Below are positions 25,029 to 36,663 of a DNA stretch of 64,000 bases, piece after piece. Position 1 is the first letter of the stretch. Every line of letters begins with the position of its first letter. Both the position numbers and the translations under genes were made by a program. The notes under the pieces are model-generated. The model saw nothing but the letters and a program-made list of their open reading frames with translations, had not been told where the DNA came from and ran no database searches. The stretch lies in contig CDLV01000006.1 of NCBI GenBank assembly GCA_001244265.2, forward strand, positions 1,736,001 through 1,800,000, written 5' to 3'. This DNA is from Microbotryum violaceum (lineage: Eukaryota).

Positions 25029-25599
25029 ACACAGCTTGGGCGTCATCAGCCTCCCCAAGTCCCCGCGCCAGAGCCCACTACTAGCGCAGGCAAGCGCAAG
25101 CTAGCGCACTCAGGCTGACCTCCGCTGGCAAGTTGCCACCGCTCGGCCCTCTCCATTCCGTCTCTCCGTACCGCCTTGTTGGACCGAGTTTCCTCGCATC
25201 TCTAAGACAGGCTCTCGCACAAACGCCGTCATGTCACTGCTTTCTGATCTTTTACACCTCCGCACCATCGACCACAACTCTCGAATCTCGACAACGTGTT
25301 AAGCCTCGCGTCCACCACTAGCGACAGCCGATCCTCCCCGCACCGATCAAGCGCAGTATGTGTATTCCGGTCCGCTCTTACCAGACTGCTTCAAACGGTT
25401 GTTCCCTACCACAGGGCCACCGACTAAGCCCCCTCGGTCGTTGAGCAACGGATTTTATCGCGCACTGGATCACGTCCCCGCTGATGCAGTGTCCGAGATT
25501 GCTTCTCCAACGCGAGTCAGCTTGAGCACCTCGTCACTGCGCGCCCCAGAGCCTACAAGATCGTGTACAAGCTAACTCGTTTCGGATATCCCGAAAGCT

Positions 25600-26800
25600 C
25601 AACAAGAACTTACGCACGGAAACACCCTCATCTTCAGCCAATACACCGCTTCGTTCACCGATGTACTGCCCATGTCAGTCGAGGAGCTTGCTGACAGTGT
25701 TTGCATTCTGCGGAGGGAGCCCCAACCTTGCGGAGCTGGACAAGTGTCGACCCATGATCGTGAAGCAGAGTCGGATCCAAAAGATGCTCCGGTGGTTGAT
25801 CAACGAGAGCAAGAATTCGGCGCACTCTGCCGTCTCCTCTGATGGCGATTGCACAGCTCGTTCGACGCAGTTCCGGCCTGGGCGGGTGCGCTCAACCCGA
25901 GCTCTCCAGCTTCTACGGCGGTTTCAGCTTCCACTTCGACTTCGGCTTCCGTCTGGGTTGCTCCCCAAGTATCGGATCGACAAATCGCGGATGGAGACGG
26001 TCTCGTGCCCGACGTAGTTTTGGCGAATGTGGTGACGGCAGAGACAGTGGAACCAACATCATCGCTCTTTGAAGGCTACGCACCTACGCACTGCATAACG
26101 ACTCTGATGAACCAGTATTCGAATGCGTCCATGTGCCGCCACGCCCTACCGACGAACCAATTCACTCATGACTGCTCTTTGAGAAAGCTCTCCATTATTT
26201 CAACCAGGACAAGCCCACCTATGTCATTCCGACAGGCGACGCCCCTTCAAGTTTGTGGGAACCTTCGGACGAGCTCGTGCTCTTAAAGCTGTGACCACAC
26301 CTCGATCCATTTGGTCTCGTCGGTTTCTGTGTCGAGCACGACCTCAAAATTTCTCTGGACGAGCAAGTCAAACATTTGTTCAATCTATACGACAGCGATT
26401 TTGATGCGACCCGTCTTGCCCATTCATCGTCTCGAACATGCTCCGCCGACGAGGAAGTGTTTCGCCAACTCGCTTTTCGGGTCCCCAATAAGAAGGTGGC
26501 ACGAATCGCAGCAGCACTGCTCGAAATCGACATGTATGTTGTGTCCGAAATGATCAAAGATTTCCCAAAGACACGAAAAGATACAAGGCAACAACAGAAG
26601 CAGAGAAGCATATCAACCGTATTCTGGCGGAATTGCAAAGTGTCGGAGACAAAATTTACGGCACAACTGCGCAGATGCTCGACATGAGGAATGAGATCCG
26701 CGGATACGTCAACGCGTTCGGTATGTACACCCTTTTCGTCACCGTCAACCTGGCAGCTTTACACTCACCGTTGCGATGACGAGGTATCTCACAACCTTGG
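25600..26800 (+). mobile_element. Relic of a second Helitron-like family (DUF6570/Helitron_like_N type)
   Basis: IVKQSRIQKMLRWLI, PHLDPFGLVGF..KISLDEQVKHLFNLYDSDF, MRNEIRGYVNAFGMYTLFVTVN. Frameshifted. Confidence 0.65.
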
Positions 26801-27447
26801 GCGCATCAAGGACAAGTTTCTCGACCAAGCAGGTTCCGTTTAGGCCAACGACAAAAGTTCATCTAATCATGGGTTGCAACGCTCTTCCCACTGTGAAAGA
26901 TCTGGGGGGGGGGAGTACTGACACTCCATGCCATTGGATTCCCATGTCTCTCAGCGGTGGACACATTCACCGCGCCTAGCCGAGCCAGGTCGTCTCGCGC
27001 CCAAGTCGCTCCCGGAAGTCCCGATCTCTCAACGTCAACTGAAACCACTTCTTAAAGCTGACTTCGGTGAGCGCGCGATGTGGGTCCCCAACGCTGACGA
27101 CCACATGCGAACGCAAACTCGTCCAGACGCGCCCTGTGACATGGGCGATGTCGAGTGATCTCAACTTATGCATTTACACCCCGGCTCTGGCTCGATCTCG
27201 TTGTCTGCAATGTTCATTAACGTTTGGCACATTTAAACGCCTCATTCATGTGAACCGAACTGACTCGGAAACTCGGTGCTGCATACCCGTTCCATGGTAC
27301 GTTCTTAGTAATACTAGCTGACGCTGTCAGTCGGTGTTACTCCGTCAGAGGTTCAGGGACCCGTCGCCCCCTCCGGGGGCGCGTTAATTTCGATCTGCTC
27401 AGATCAGATCAAGACCAGATCAATCAAGGCAGAACCAGAGAAGTTCA

Positions 27448-27692
27448 TGTTGAAGCAAATTACTCTTGCCTTAAATCCGCACTACGCGGGTCTCCACTTT
27501 ATATTAGTCGCGCGCGCGATTCGCGTCTTTGTCTCCTCTTCTTCACTTGATTACGAATTCATTGGCTCGTCCCTGCCGCCAACTCGTTCAGGTATGTGAA
27601 GAACTCCTTTATTGCAATCTTTACTTGATTACGAACTCATTGGCTCGTCCCTGCCGCCAACTCGTTCAGCACATCGCTGTTCAGTTTCAATA
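27448..27692. mobile_element. Solo LTR, copy 2 (245 bp)
   Basis: Same termini as copy 1. TSD GTTCA at 27443-27447 and 27693-27697. One 78-bp unit shorter than copy 1. Confidence 0.88.
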
Positions 27693-28739
27693 GTTCAGAT
27701 CTGATCTGATCTGATCTGATCTGGCGGTGATCTGATCTAATGCGGACCCTTGGCTGGAGGTGTGTCTGGACGGCATACGCTCACACGGCACCCGCACAGA
27801 GATATGTTTGGGATACTGCCTTGCCGAGTGCCCGACGTCCAGTTCGGCCGATAATCTAACCTGGGCTCTCCTATCTGATCTTTGCGCCCTCGGGGTATTT
27901 CGGCAGTTTCGTCCAAGGAATGCTAGCATGCAAGCTGAGTTTTAGACAGAGTCGCTTCTTCCACATGAAGTTGGCGCTTAACCTGATTACTCCTAACTTA
28001 CGACGCTTGGCGACTCTTCCCCAGCCGACGGGTGAAATTCATCGCCCGCTCGGGACGCGTTCGCCACTTAGCGTCTTCGTCATGTCGGCTTGAAAGGTTA
28101 CCAAGGATTGCTACACAGATGCCCTGTCATCATCGTGGATGTAGATCAGATGCTTTATACTTCCTTTGGTGAAAAGAGGAATCGACCTCGAACTATGTAG
28201 GAGCTAGGGTCAAATACCAGTATCGGTTTCGGCCGAGAAGATGTCTCGCTGTGCCACGCGTTTCGAGAGGGCCCCTTTTCCTAGGGCGGTTCGCCCCAGG
28301 GCCCTCGTGTTACTCGGCGAAGTCTGCCGGTCGCAGACTCCGAGCGCTGTCAAAAAGGGGCAAAAGAAGTCCGAATCATACTTAGGTATAGGTACTGACG
28401 TCGCTTTGAGAGCGTCGTAGTCAACGAACTATTCAGGAGGACTTTTCCCGATGTCTCCCTCACCACTGTTCTCCCCGTGCCGCCTCACGAGGAGCCGGAT
28501 CACATCGACCAGGCTTTCGTTTGCACCTCCTATCGCTTCCAGCAACATCGAGGCTTCCAGTCTCTGGGGTCTGTTCCCAGTGCGACATTCTTCATCCTGC
28601 CGAAACAGCCCACCGTTCGCGCGAGGGCCGGATCCGTAACGCCGAACTGCGTGCGATCTCATGGCCGTTGGGAGTTTACAGTCCACTGTACCGGAAGGAA
28701 TTTCTCCTTATGTCGTCTACCTACAAGCGGTCACCAAAC

Positions 28740-30510
28740 AGCTCTATAATTCACCGACGCCAGCATTCGAGACTCAGCTCTTCGTACTCGTGGGATGTAT
28801 GACTTTGTGCGTGTGACACGGGTGCTCGAGCTGGGCGCGACGGACCGAGTGGCGTGAGCTAGTAGCCTCGCCTCTTCGCCCTACCAGACCCGCCCCATTC
28901 CCTTTCACTAAGCTTTATGGACATATCTCTAATGAATCTACAGATGCGCGCTCGTTACGACTGTATACATGTTCCTTGTGTGCGAGCAAGCCCTGCAGCG
29001 AAACGGCGGCCCGGGAGTTTGGCTCTTCAAACGAGTGGCGATTGGTAGGAGCGCCGCAAACGAGCCAAACGGGCTGTTGACCGCTGACGCGAGCGGCAGC
29101 GCCGAGGCTAGTCGTATCATCGTCATCAACACCAAGCTCGCTATTTCACTCGGTATGATCTTTCAAGAGCTATATTGCATCGCTTATCTCCTCCAAGTCA
29201 AGAACGTGTATGCCTACCACGGTGATCAAACCCACATCTACGCGCTCCGAGCGTTTTTGCCATTTCCGATTTGCTTCGTCGCGTGGGGCGTTTCGTGCGG
29301 GGTTCTGCAAGCTTATACGCTCGTACACGCCAACAAACGTGGTCAAAAGATCTGGGGTCCTCGTATCAACCACTTCTTCGTCTACGGCGGCATCGTTTGG
29401 CTCATCGTCTACTTGGTTCGTCGCAAACTCTGCTGGTCTGACCATGCGCTGGGCTCGGAACTAACAATTAGGGCGTGGTCGTCCAGGCCGGCGGTATCAC
29501 CGCTACTTTTGCTGGCTATGGGTGGTGGCACGTTTCGGTCGACTTTTCGGCCGACCTTCGACAGCTTCAAGCCAACTACACTGGCTCTCTCACCAGAGAA
29601 GAATGGCTTGCGCTGAATGATGGGTTTGCCAAGTACATCCGCAAGCGGAACGCATATGCTCTGTGAGTGGCCGCAAGTGATTTTTCTGGCGCCCCGGGCC
29701 GACCCTCGTGCTCATCCCCAATGTCTCCTGAGATTTATAGCTCTTCCCAAATCCTTTTTGGCTCCCTTCCGCTCTTCGTTGCGGTTGTGGTCGTCATCAA
29801 CACGTCCACTTTCTTGCTCACACAGATGATCAATGAACGACTAGGTCATCAACTCGAACACTTCACGAAGGTCTCCACCCATCCGACATGGGAAGGCCGA
29901 GATATTGTCCTGTCCCCCCTTGATCGATGTGCGACCCAACAAACGTATCGCGTCGACGGTTCGCGCACGTCATCAGTTCCGCGCGACGACGCGGCGACCG
30001 TGTCCCCTTCGTTTCATTTGGAAAGAGGCACTGACCGAAAGAACTCGCCCGAGGCATCGAGTTATCTCACGCTCGACAATGGCTTACCGCGGAAGCCGAA
30101 GGCATCTACATGGCGCAATCAACTCGCAGAGCCAGATGTGAGGTTAGAGCATGTGCGTGCACTCGCGGGCAGGAGACAAGATTCCGACTCTCCGAGCTCG
30201 ACGCCGGAAGAGGCGAGGCGCCTCAAGGCGATCCAGGTACTCGAGCTCGATGCGACGAGAGCTTTCCTCGCTTTGGTCGGAGGTGCGATTGCGGTGTGCG
30301 CGTTCTTTTTCATAGCCATAGCCCTCGATGCTACAATCGCCTTTTCCGGGCCTTTCTTCACGAACTGGACCCAGTAAGTCGCCACTCTGCTTGACCAGCT
30401 CCTAAACCACGAACGAGCACGGATGACTGACCTTCCAACAAATGTCCTCACACCAGGTTTGAGTTTACCACTCTTAGGTGCGCGAATGATAGCTTGCGTG
30501 GCATTGGCTA
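28740..30510 (+). CDS. Orphan multi-pass membrane protein; ends uncertain
   Basis: ORFs 28969-29616 and 29667-30377 carry several hydrophobic segments and are linked by GT-AG introns. Start codon not resolved. Confidence 0.6.
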
Positions 30511-32424
30511 CATATTCAACTCTGGGTCGCCCAACTGATGAAGCAGTTTCCTCTATCTCAGTTTCCCGTGGTCCATCGTGGCGCTCGGCTTGGGTACGGG
30601 ACCGCCCCTCGTGTACCTCCAACTGCGAGCGAGATCGCTATGGATTGCGCGCAAGAAATCCAGTCTCGTCATTTGTCGCAACGTCCACGTTGTTGTTGAA
30701 GCGTAGCGTAACCACTGAAGTCCACTACGCGTTGCCCAAGCTCCGGCCTGAGAGGGTTATCCGTTATGCGCAAGTTTACGAACATCCGCCGGATGAGACT
30801 CGCACGGTCGTACGGTCGCGCCGTTGGTAGAAAAGGGGCAGCGACCGCATAAAGAAGGGTCACGTAGCAGAGGACACCCCTTCTTCGCAGTAGTACATTT
30901 CTCTGAGCCTGAACGCGCCAGTAGGCCGACTCGCTCTAAGCACTATCTCTTTCGGTGGGACCACTGCATACTTGGCTAGGTAATAGACCTTGTCTAAAGT
31001 GGGCGCCGGTAGTAGGTACCATAGCCACTGTCTACTCTTCCGGACTAAAAGCCGGCAGTCGTACACTAAGAACAGCTAAGAACATGCGCGTATATCCATT
31101 TCCTTTTCCTTGTCGAGCCTCTCCCCTTTTGCACCCAACGAGCCCGAAGAGTACTCCTCTTTCCGCTTCGGCCAGTCTTGAGTAGTTGAGCCGTTCAGAC
31201 ACCTCCTGTTGCGATTGGATCTAGCCCAGCACGGGTCTTGTAACGCACCGCTCGTGTGGCCGGCCCCCTATCGCAAATCGCGCTAGTCAAGTCGAACCTC
31301 GGCCACGATGGCGGCGGTTTTAAGCGATCCAAGCCCTCGAACTCGATACGACTCCGTTCGGAGGTGCGATTGCGCTATGCGCTTTGTGCGTTCTTCTGCA
31401 GCGCTTTGGCGAGGTTTGCGACGATCTCGAGAACCGTTCTTTACCAATTGGGTTCATGGCAGCGAGTTCGAGGAATGGCCCTTGTTGCCTCAATTTCAAT
31501 GATGTACACTGAAGGTCTTGGTACCTCACTTTTTGATAGATTCAAAAGCGCAATCCTCAGGTACATCCAACGCCGGAAAAAGATTCTGCCGAATCGCAAG
31601 CTGATTACACATCTCGCTGTCCCCCCTCCTTCGATTCAACACCGTGACTGCTGGCCCGAGGTTACCGCACGGACGAGGTTACCGCACGGATAGGGGAACT
31701 CGGCAGACCACTCCTCGTTGACATTTGGCTACGAGCGAGGCAGTTAGGGATGACGCCAAAACAGTCCAGTCTCGTCATCTGGCGCCACATCGATGTTGTC
31801 GTCGAAGGGTATGGTAGCGAGCTCACTTTGTGCTGGCTCTGGTGCATGCGCCGACCCCCTGCAGTGGCAAGGACCAGGCTTGCGGCGTCGTCGTGGACAG
31901 TAGTCTTCGTAGTATTTTTCGAGGGGATTAGTATCTATACGGACTGCTGCTCTTTCTATAATCGGCCCCAACACTCCTTTCGGCGCTAAGCATGCTGGGT
32001 CTGCAGGTTCAACTTCAGGGCTCGGACAGCGACGGGCATCGACGGGCATCGGGAGAACGGCGGAGCTCAACCTTGCTATTGATCGATTGATCGCCGCAGT
32101 TTCCAGGTCCGCGCGAATGCATTTATTCCAAGTGATCAAAAGCCAAGAAGCGGGCTTTTAAAGGCTCAGGAGTGATCTAGTGCCAAAAGGAACCGATTGT
32201 CCCGCCTGCTCGCTCACGCGAAATAAATAAGCATAATGCGCTGACCACGACCTGATCGGAAAGATCGACAGAGGTTCGGCCTCGGTGACCGGATGGCAAC
32301 ACCGTCCTTTTCTTGCCGCGAACTCGTCGCTCGCGCCCCCGTTCGTCTCTTCCCGCCACAAGCTCGACAAAGCTTACGCACACGAAGCTGCCAGGTCGGG
32401 TTCAAGAACCAAAGTTGGGCAGTG

Positions 32425-34082
32425 ATGGAGTTCTACGAGAACTTTATATCCAAAGTCCAGAGTGCTCCAACTTGGCCTGACGACTCTGAAAGGGTGAGTG
32501 GGGGCTTCGAAAGAGGCGAGGCGCCTTCCCCGACCGAAGGAAGCCCGAACGAAGGAAGCGGGGTCGGCTGTTCAACGAGGACACGAGACCAAGCTTAGCT
32601 CGAGCTGAGGCAGGACTACACCCGAACAGATCCTCGTGGAGCCCTATACCTATCTCGCTTCCGTACCGGGGAAAGAAGTTCGATCGGCCTTGATGGATGC
32701 GTTCAATGCTTGGATCCAAGTGCCGGCGGAGGATCTCGCGGTCGTCAAGAAGCTCGTCGGGATGTTGCATACCGCCAGTCTGCTGTAGGTAGCTTGCGCT
32801 GTTGTAAGTTCAGGGCAGTGCTCACGGTGCATGTTTTTACGAAACAGGATGGACGACGTCGAGGATGACTCCCATCTGCGGAGAGGGATGCCAGGTTCGT
32901 GCTCGTGCACCGAGAGCACGTGATGTCAGCAACTTGATCATATCTCTCATCATTTTGTGCTTCTAGTCGCTCACAAGATCTACGGAATTCCTCAAACGAT
33001 CAATTCGGCCAACTATGTCTACTTTCTCGCGTACCAAGAGCTGCAGAGGATCAAGCCGAGACCGGGCGTCTCAAAGGTCGAAGAGATGGTCACGGGTCAG
33101 CCGGGGCAACAAGTGCTTATTACACTAGGATCGAGCGCGAAATTGACTAGAAAACAGTGTTTCCAACAGAGGAGTTATTGAACCTGCATCGAGGGCAAGG
33201 GATGGATCTCTTTTGGCGAGAAAATCTGATTTGCCCGACCGAGCCCGAATATATCGACATGGTCAACAACAGTGGGTTCCTGTGCACGCTTGCTTCCTCA
33301 TCCTGCGAGTTTGCTGACTATGTGACGAGTGCGACAGAAACTGGTGGCTTGTTTCGGATAGCGATCAAATTGATGATGGCCGCTTCGACAGAGGATCCGC
33401 CTCGGTAGGTGCCGCTTGACTTTACCGAGAGTACTCAATATGTTCGTTGGAAGACCACTCATCGACACAACTTGCCGCGCACAGTGACTATGTCCCCCTC
33501 GCTAACCTGATTGGCATCATCTTCCAAATCCGAGACGACTACGTCAATCTCCAATCGGCTCAAGTAACGTTTTCTCAACTCGGGTTCAAATCTTGGCGCG
33601 ACAAAGACGCTGAGCTGACCTTTCCGAAAGTTTACCTTTTCAGTATGCCCACAACAAAGGGTATTGCGAAGACCTATCGGAAGGTAAATTTTCCTTCCCG
33701 ATCGTGCACGCCATCCGATCCGATACATCGAATCGACAACTCCTGAGTAAGTCCAGCCCCAAAGCTTCATCTCACCTCTGGCAACTCCGATCTGAACATC
33801 CTCCCCCCGCTGGCTTTCCCAGACATCCTCCGCGAACGCCCTTCCTCTCCTTCACCTAAAGCCTACGCGGTCCATTACATGATGGACCGAACAAAGTCAT
33901 TCGCGTATACTCGACAAGTACTCTCGAGCCTGATGACGCAAGCGAGGGAGGAGGTCCATCGCTTAGGTGGAAACCAATTCGTCGACACGATCTTGGATCA
34001 ACTTGTCGTGAAGGAGGAGGTCGATCCGGCGACGCAGTTGGGGTTGAGTGCCGCCGTGAGTGGGGAGAAAGCGGGGGATTGA
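32425..34082 (+). CDS. BTS1: Geranylgeranyl diphosphate synthase (type III)
   Basis: [35 protein letters not shown] (FARM), [18 protein letters not shown]-type motif, [10 protein letters not shown] (SARM), [11 protein letters not shown]. Confidence 0.94.
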
Positions 34083-34283
34083 TTGAAGTATGTGGTTTTT
34101 CTAAATACTTTGTTGTACATCTATTTTCGAAGTGAAATTTCGCACCACGTTTCAGTGAAAGGAAGTTTGTGCGGTGGCGCGGGTACCGATCTTGTCCGCT
34201 CGGGGCGAAGCAAAAATGGCGAAAAGGACTGCTTCGGATTGTACGAAATAAATGAATCACATCGGAAAGGCCGTGTACGCTAA

Positions 34284-35230
34284 TCAAGCATCAACAACTC
34301 GAACGACGACCTCCTGTGACCACCAAAAAACCCGATTGCTCAGGATCTAGTATTGAAATCCCCCCAAGGCTGAAACCTCGGCCCGTGCTCAAGATACGTA
34401 CGATATTGCCCTGCACGGCCCTCGAATAAGGGCACAATTGATGCGCCTGTTGTACGAGCTTATGAATCTCGGCGTCCTCGAGGCCGACTTGTTGCAAAGG
34501 TTTCTTGGGCACTTCGAGTTCGACGGCGAGGAGGAAACCCTGCGTGAGTAGTGGACGTGTGGGTGGGTGACGTCATGCGTTTAGGGGTGGGTGAGCTACG
34601 AGGTCAGTTTTTTTGTAGCGGGATGGAGCCGGGGGGGGGGGGGGGGGGGGGGGGGAATGTGCGAGGTGTGATACGTACGGGTAGTTTCTCGGTCTTGTCC
34701 TTGCCGATCGATACGAGAGCTCGCACGGTGGTCGATTTGGGCAAAGGTTTGTGCTGGGGGAACAAGGAGCCGTGGGTTGCGCCGAGGGCCGAGAGGAAGC
34801 AGGTCGAGTAGCTGTTCCAATTCCGAGGTAGGGGCGGTCAGTGCTGGGGGTGTTTGATCTAATCAGCCAGGGGAGGGTCAGATGGTTACTAACGCAGCAC
34901 CGAACAATTGCTCGGGGTTCGATTCGCCCCCCGCCGGTCCTGCGCGCGTCGTCGAGAGGCTGAGGTCGTTAGACAAAGGTCTCTGGAGACTCCTGGTGAG
35001 CCCAGACACCAAAGCGCACCTTTATTACCCCCCAGCTCCTTGGGCATACCCATCGTCAAATCGAGGTTCTTCTCCGGGGTGGAGACGTGCCCCTGGGCGC
35101 GGGATCCGGTCGAAGTCGTGGTGGAGGTGTAGAGCGTCGGATGCAAGGTCGACAGGGAGCGGATAGCGGCCGGGGCGCGACGGGTCGAGGACGTAGCTGC
35201 GAGGCTGGCGATTCTTCCAAGAGCAAACAT
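34284..35230 (-). CDS. Ohr/OsmC-family organic hydroperoxide resistance protein with mitochondrial-type presequence
   Basis: MPKELGG, NPEQLFGA|AYSTCF and AHQLCPYSRA supply the two catalytic Cys motifs of Ohr. N-terminus MFALGRIASLAATSSTRRA...RSLS. Confidence 0.9.
34631..34655. repeat. Poly-G tract (25 nt) in an Ohr intron
   Basis: Read directly. Confidence 0.9.
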
Positions 35231-35482
35231 GGTCAGTAAAGGGGGGGTTTTATGGAGTATACCGAGCGCGGAGGAGGAGGGGAAGGGCGGGAAAGAGCCT
35301 AACGAGGCAGGCCTGCTCTCGTGTCAAATGTGGGGGGACCCTATCTTGGAATTTGTCAAGCGCGGAAGCGCGAAGTGGCCGATCGCCAGAGTCGAAAAAT
35401 CTCTCTGTCTCTCTCTCTCTCTCTCTCTGACCGCACCACTCGGCTCGACGCACTAGCATCAACACTATACCGACCATTCACG

Positions 35483-36364
35483 ATGTCGACCTCCACAACA
35501 CCAGCGCAACCGTCCACCTCGACGTCGACCTCAACCTCAACTCCACCCGACCACTCAGCTACACCTCCCTCTACCCCGTCCAAACCCGGTATCCTCGACG
35601 CCCTCCATACGATCTCCCCCTTGGACGACATCAAGAAACTGCCCTCCATCCCCTGTGCCCGATACTCGCTTTTGTTCGGAATCGTCGCCGGTGTTTCGGT
35701 CGGCGCATTGAGGTTCCTGTTTGGTACTCGAAGGGGTGGTTGGGCGACCCAGGCGCCAAGATGGAGTCAAGTTGGCGTGGCCGCGAATTGGGCCGTCGGG
35801 GCTTGGGGAGTCGGTAGTTTGGGCGCATGGTAAGTTGTCGTTTTTCGGGACTTTTTTGACAAAAAGTGTGGATCGGACGAGAGAGGAGAGAGGAGCTTGA
35901 CTGACTTTGTTTTCGTTTTCTTTTTGCCGGCCAAACTCTTCTGCCGAACTCTTCAAATCTCACCCCGTCCCCTTTGCCAATTCAACTCTCCACCTCAACC
36001 CATACAACCCCACCCCATTCGACCCAAAAACCTTCCCAAAAAACCCTACAGGGAAACATGTCGAGCGCGCCAATCGTCCGAAGCGGCGCGAATGGCGGCC
36101 CTCGTCGCCGAAGTCAAAGCCCGAAGATCGTCCCGCACCGGACCTAAATCCTCCTTCGATCCACCCGAAGGCGCGGCGGTCAATGCCCAGCCGAGGATCG
36201 GAGGCTTTTTGGTCGGCGAACGGGGGAGGGAAATCGTTTTGGAACAACAGCGGAGCGCGGCGACGGGGACGACGGGGACGACGGGGACGACGGGGACGAT
36301 GGCGGCGACGGGGACGGACCTAGATCCAAGTAGTGCTGGGGCGACGACACGGCGATTGGTTTGA
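35483..36364 (+). CDS. COX20: Cytochrome c oxidase assembly protein Cox20
   Basis: IPCARYSLLFGIVAGVSVG...AANWAVGAW...W|ETCR; two TM segments and conserved Cys. One intron at ~35831-36051. Confidence 0.85.
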
Positions 36365-36663
36365 GTTGATACAAGAGATGGAACAAAGTGTTACAACCGC
36401 TCCAAAAAAAAAACAGTGGTGATTTGCTGCGGTGCATCATTGCAAAGGCTGTACAACTTGAATGAGAAAAGTGGTGGGGGGGAAGGAGCCAGAAGGAAGA
36501 AAGAATCCGTCCCGATCGAGAGCTTGCAAGTTACAAATGAGATAAGACGGTCCGAATACGAATTAGAGAAGTGATGGGGTTGCTGTGGTTGGTTGAGAGA
36601 GATCGATTGCTTTCCGTGCGGGACTCGTCTGTGGGGCTTTTCGGGGTTGTCTCGGGTGCGAGA

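Larger units (their letters stand above)
9422..27752. mobile_element. Outer TIR element (non-autonomous, hAT/MITE-like) enclosing nested TEs
   Basis: CAAGAGTCCGCATTAGATCTGATC (9422-9445) matches the reverse complement of 27729-27752 at 22/24 positions. (A/T)GATC subterminal repeats at both ends. GCTGGAG is present in both flanks. Confidence 0.75.

Noticed and set aside
30520-32300. Short ORFs and a 17-bp tandem duplication at ~31658-31690
   Set aside because: No coherent gene model or known motif.
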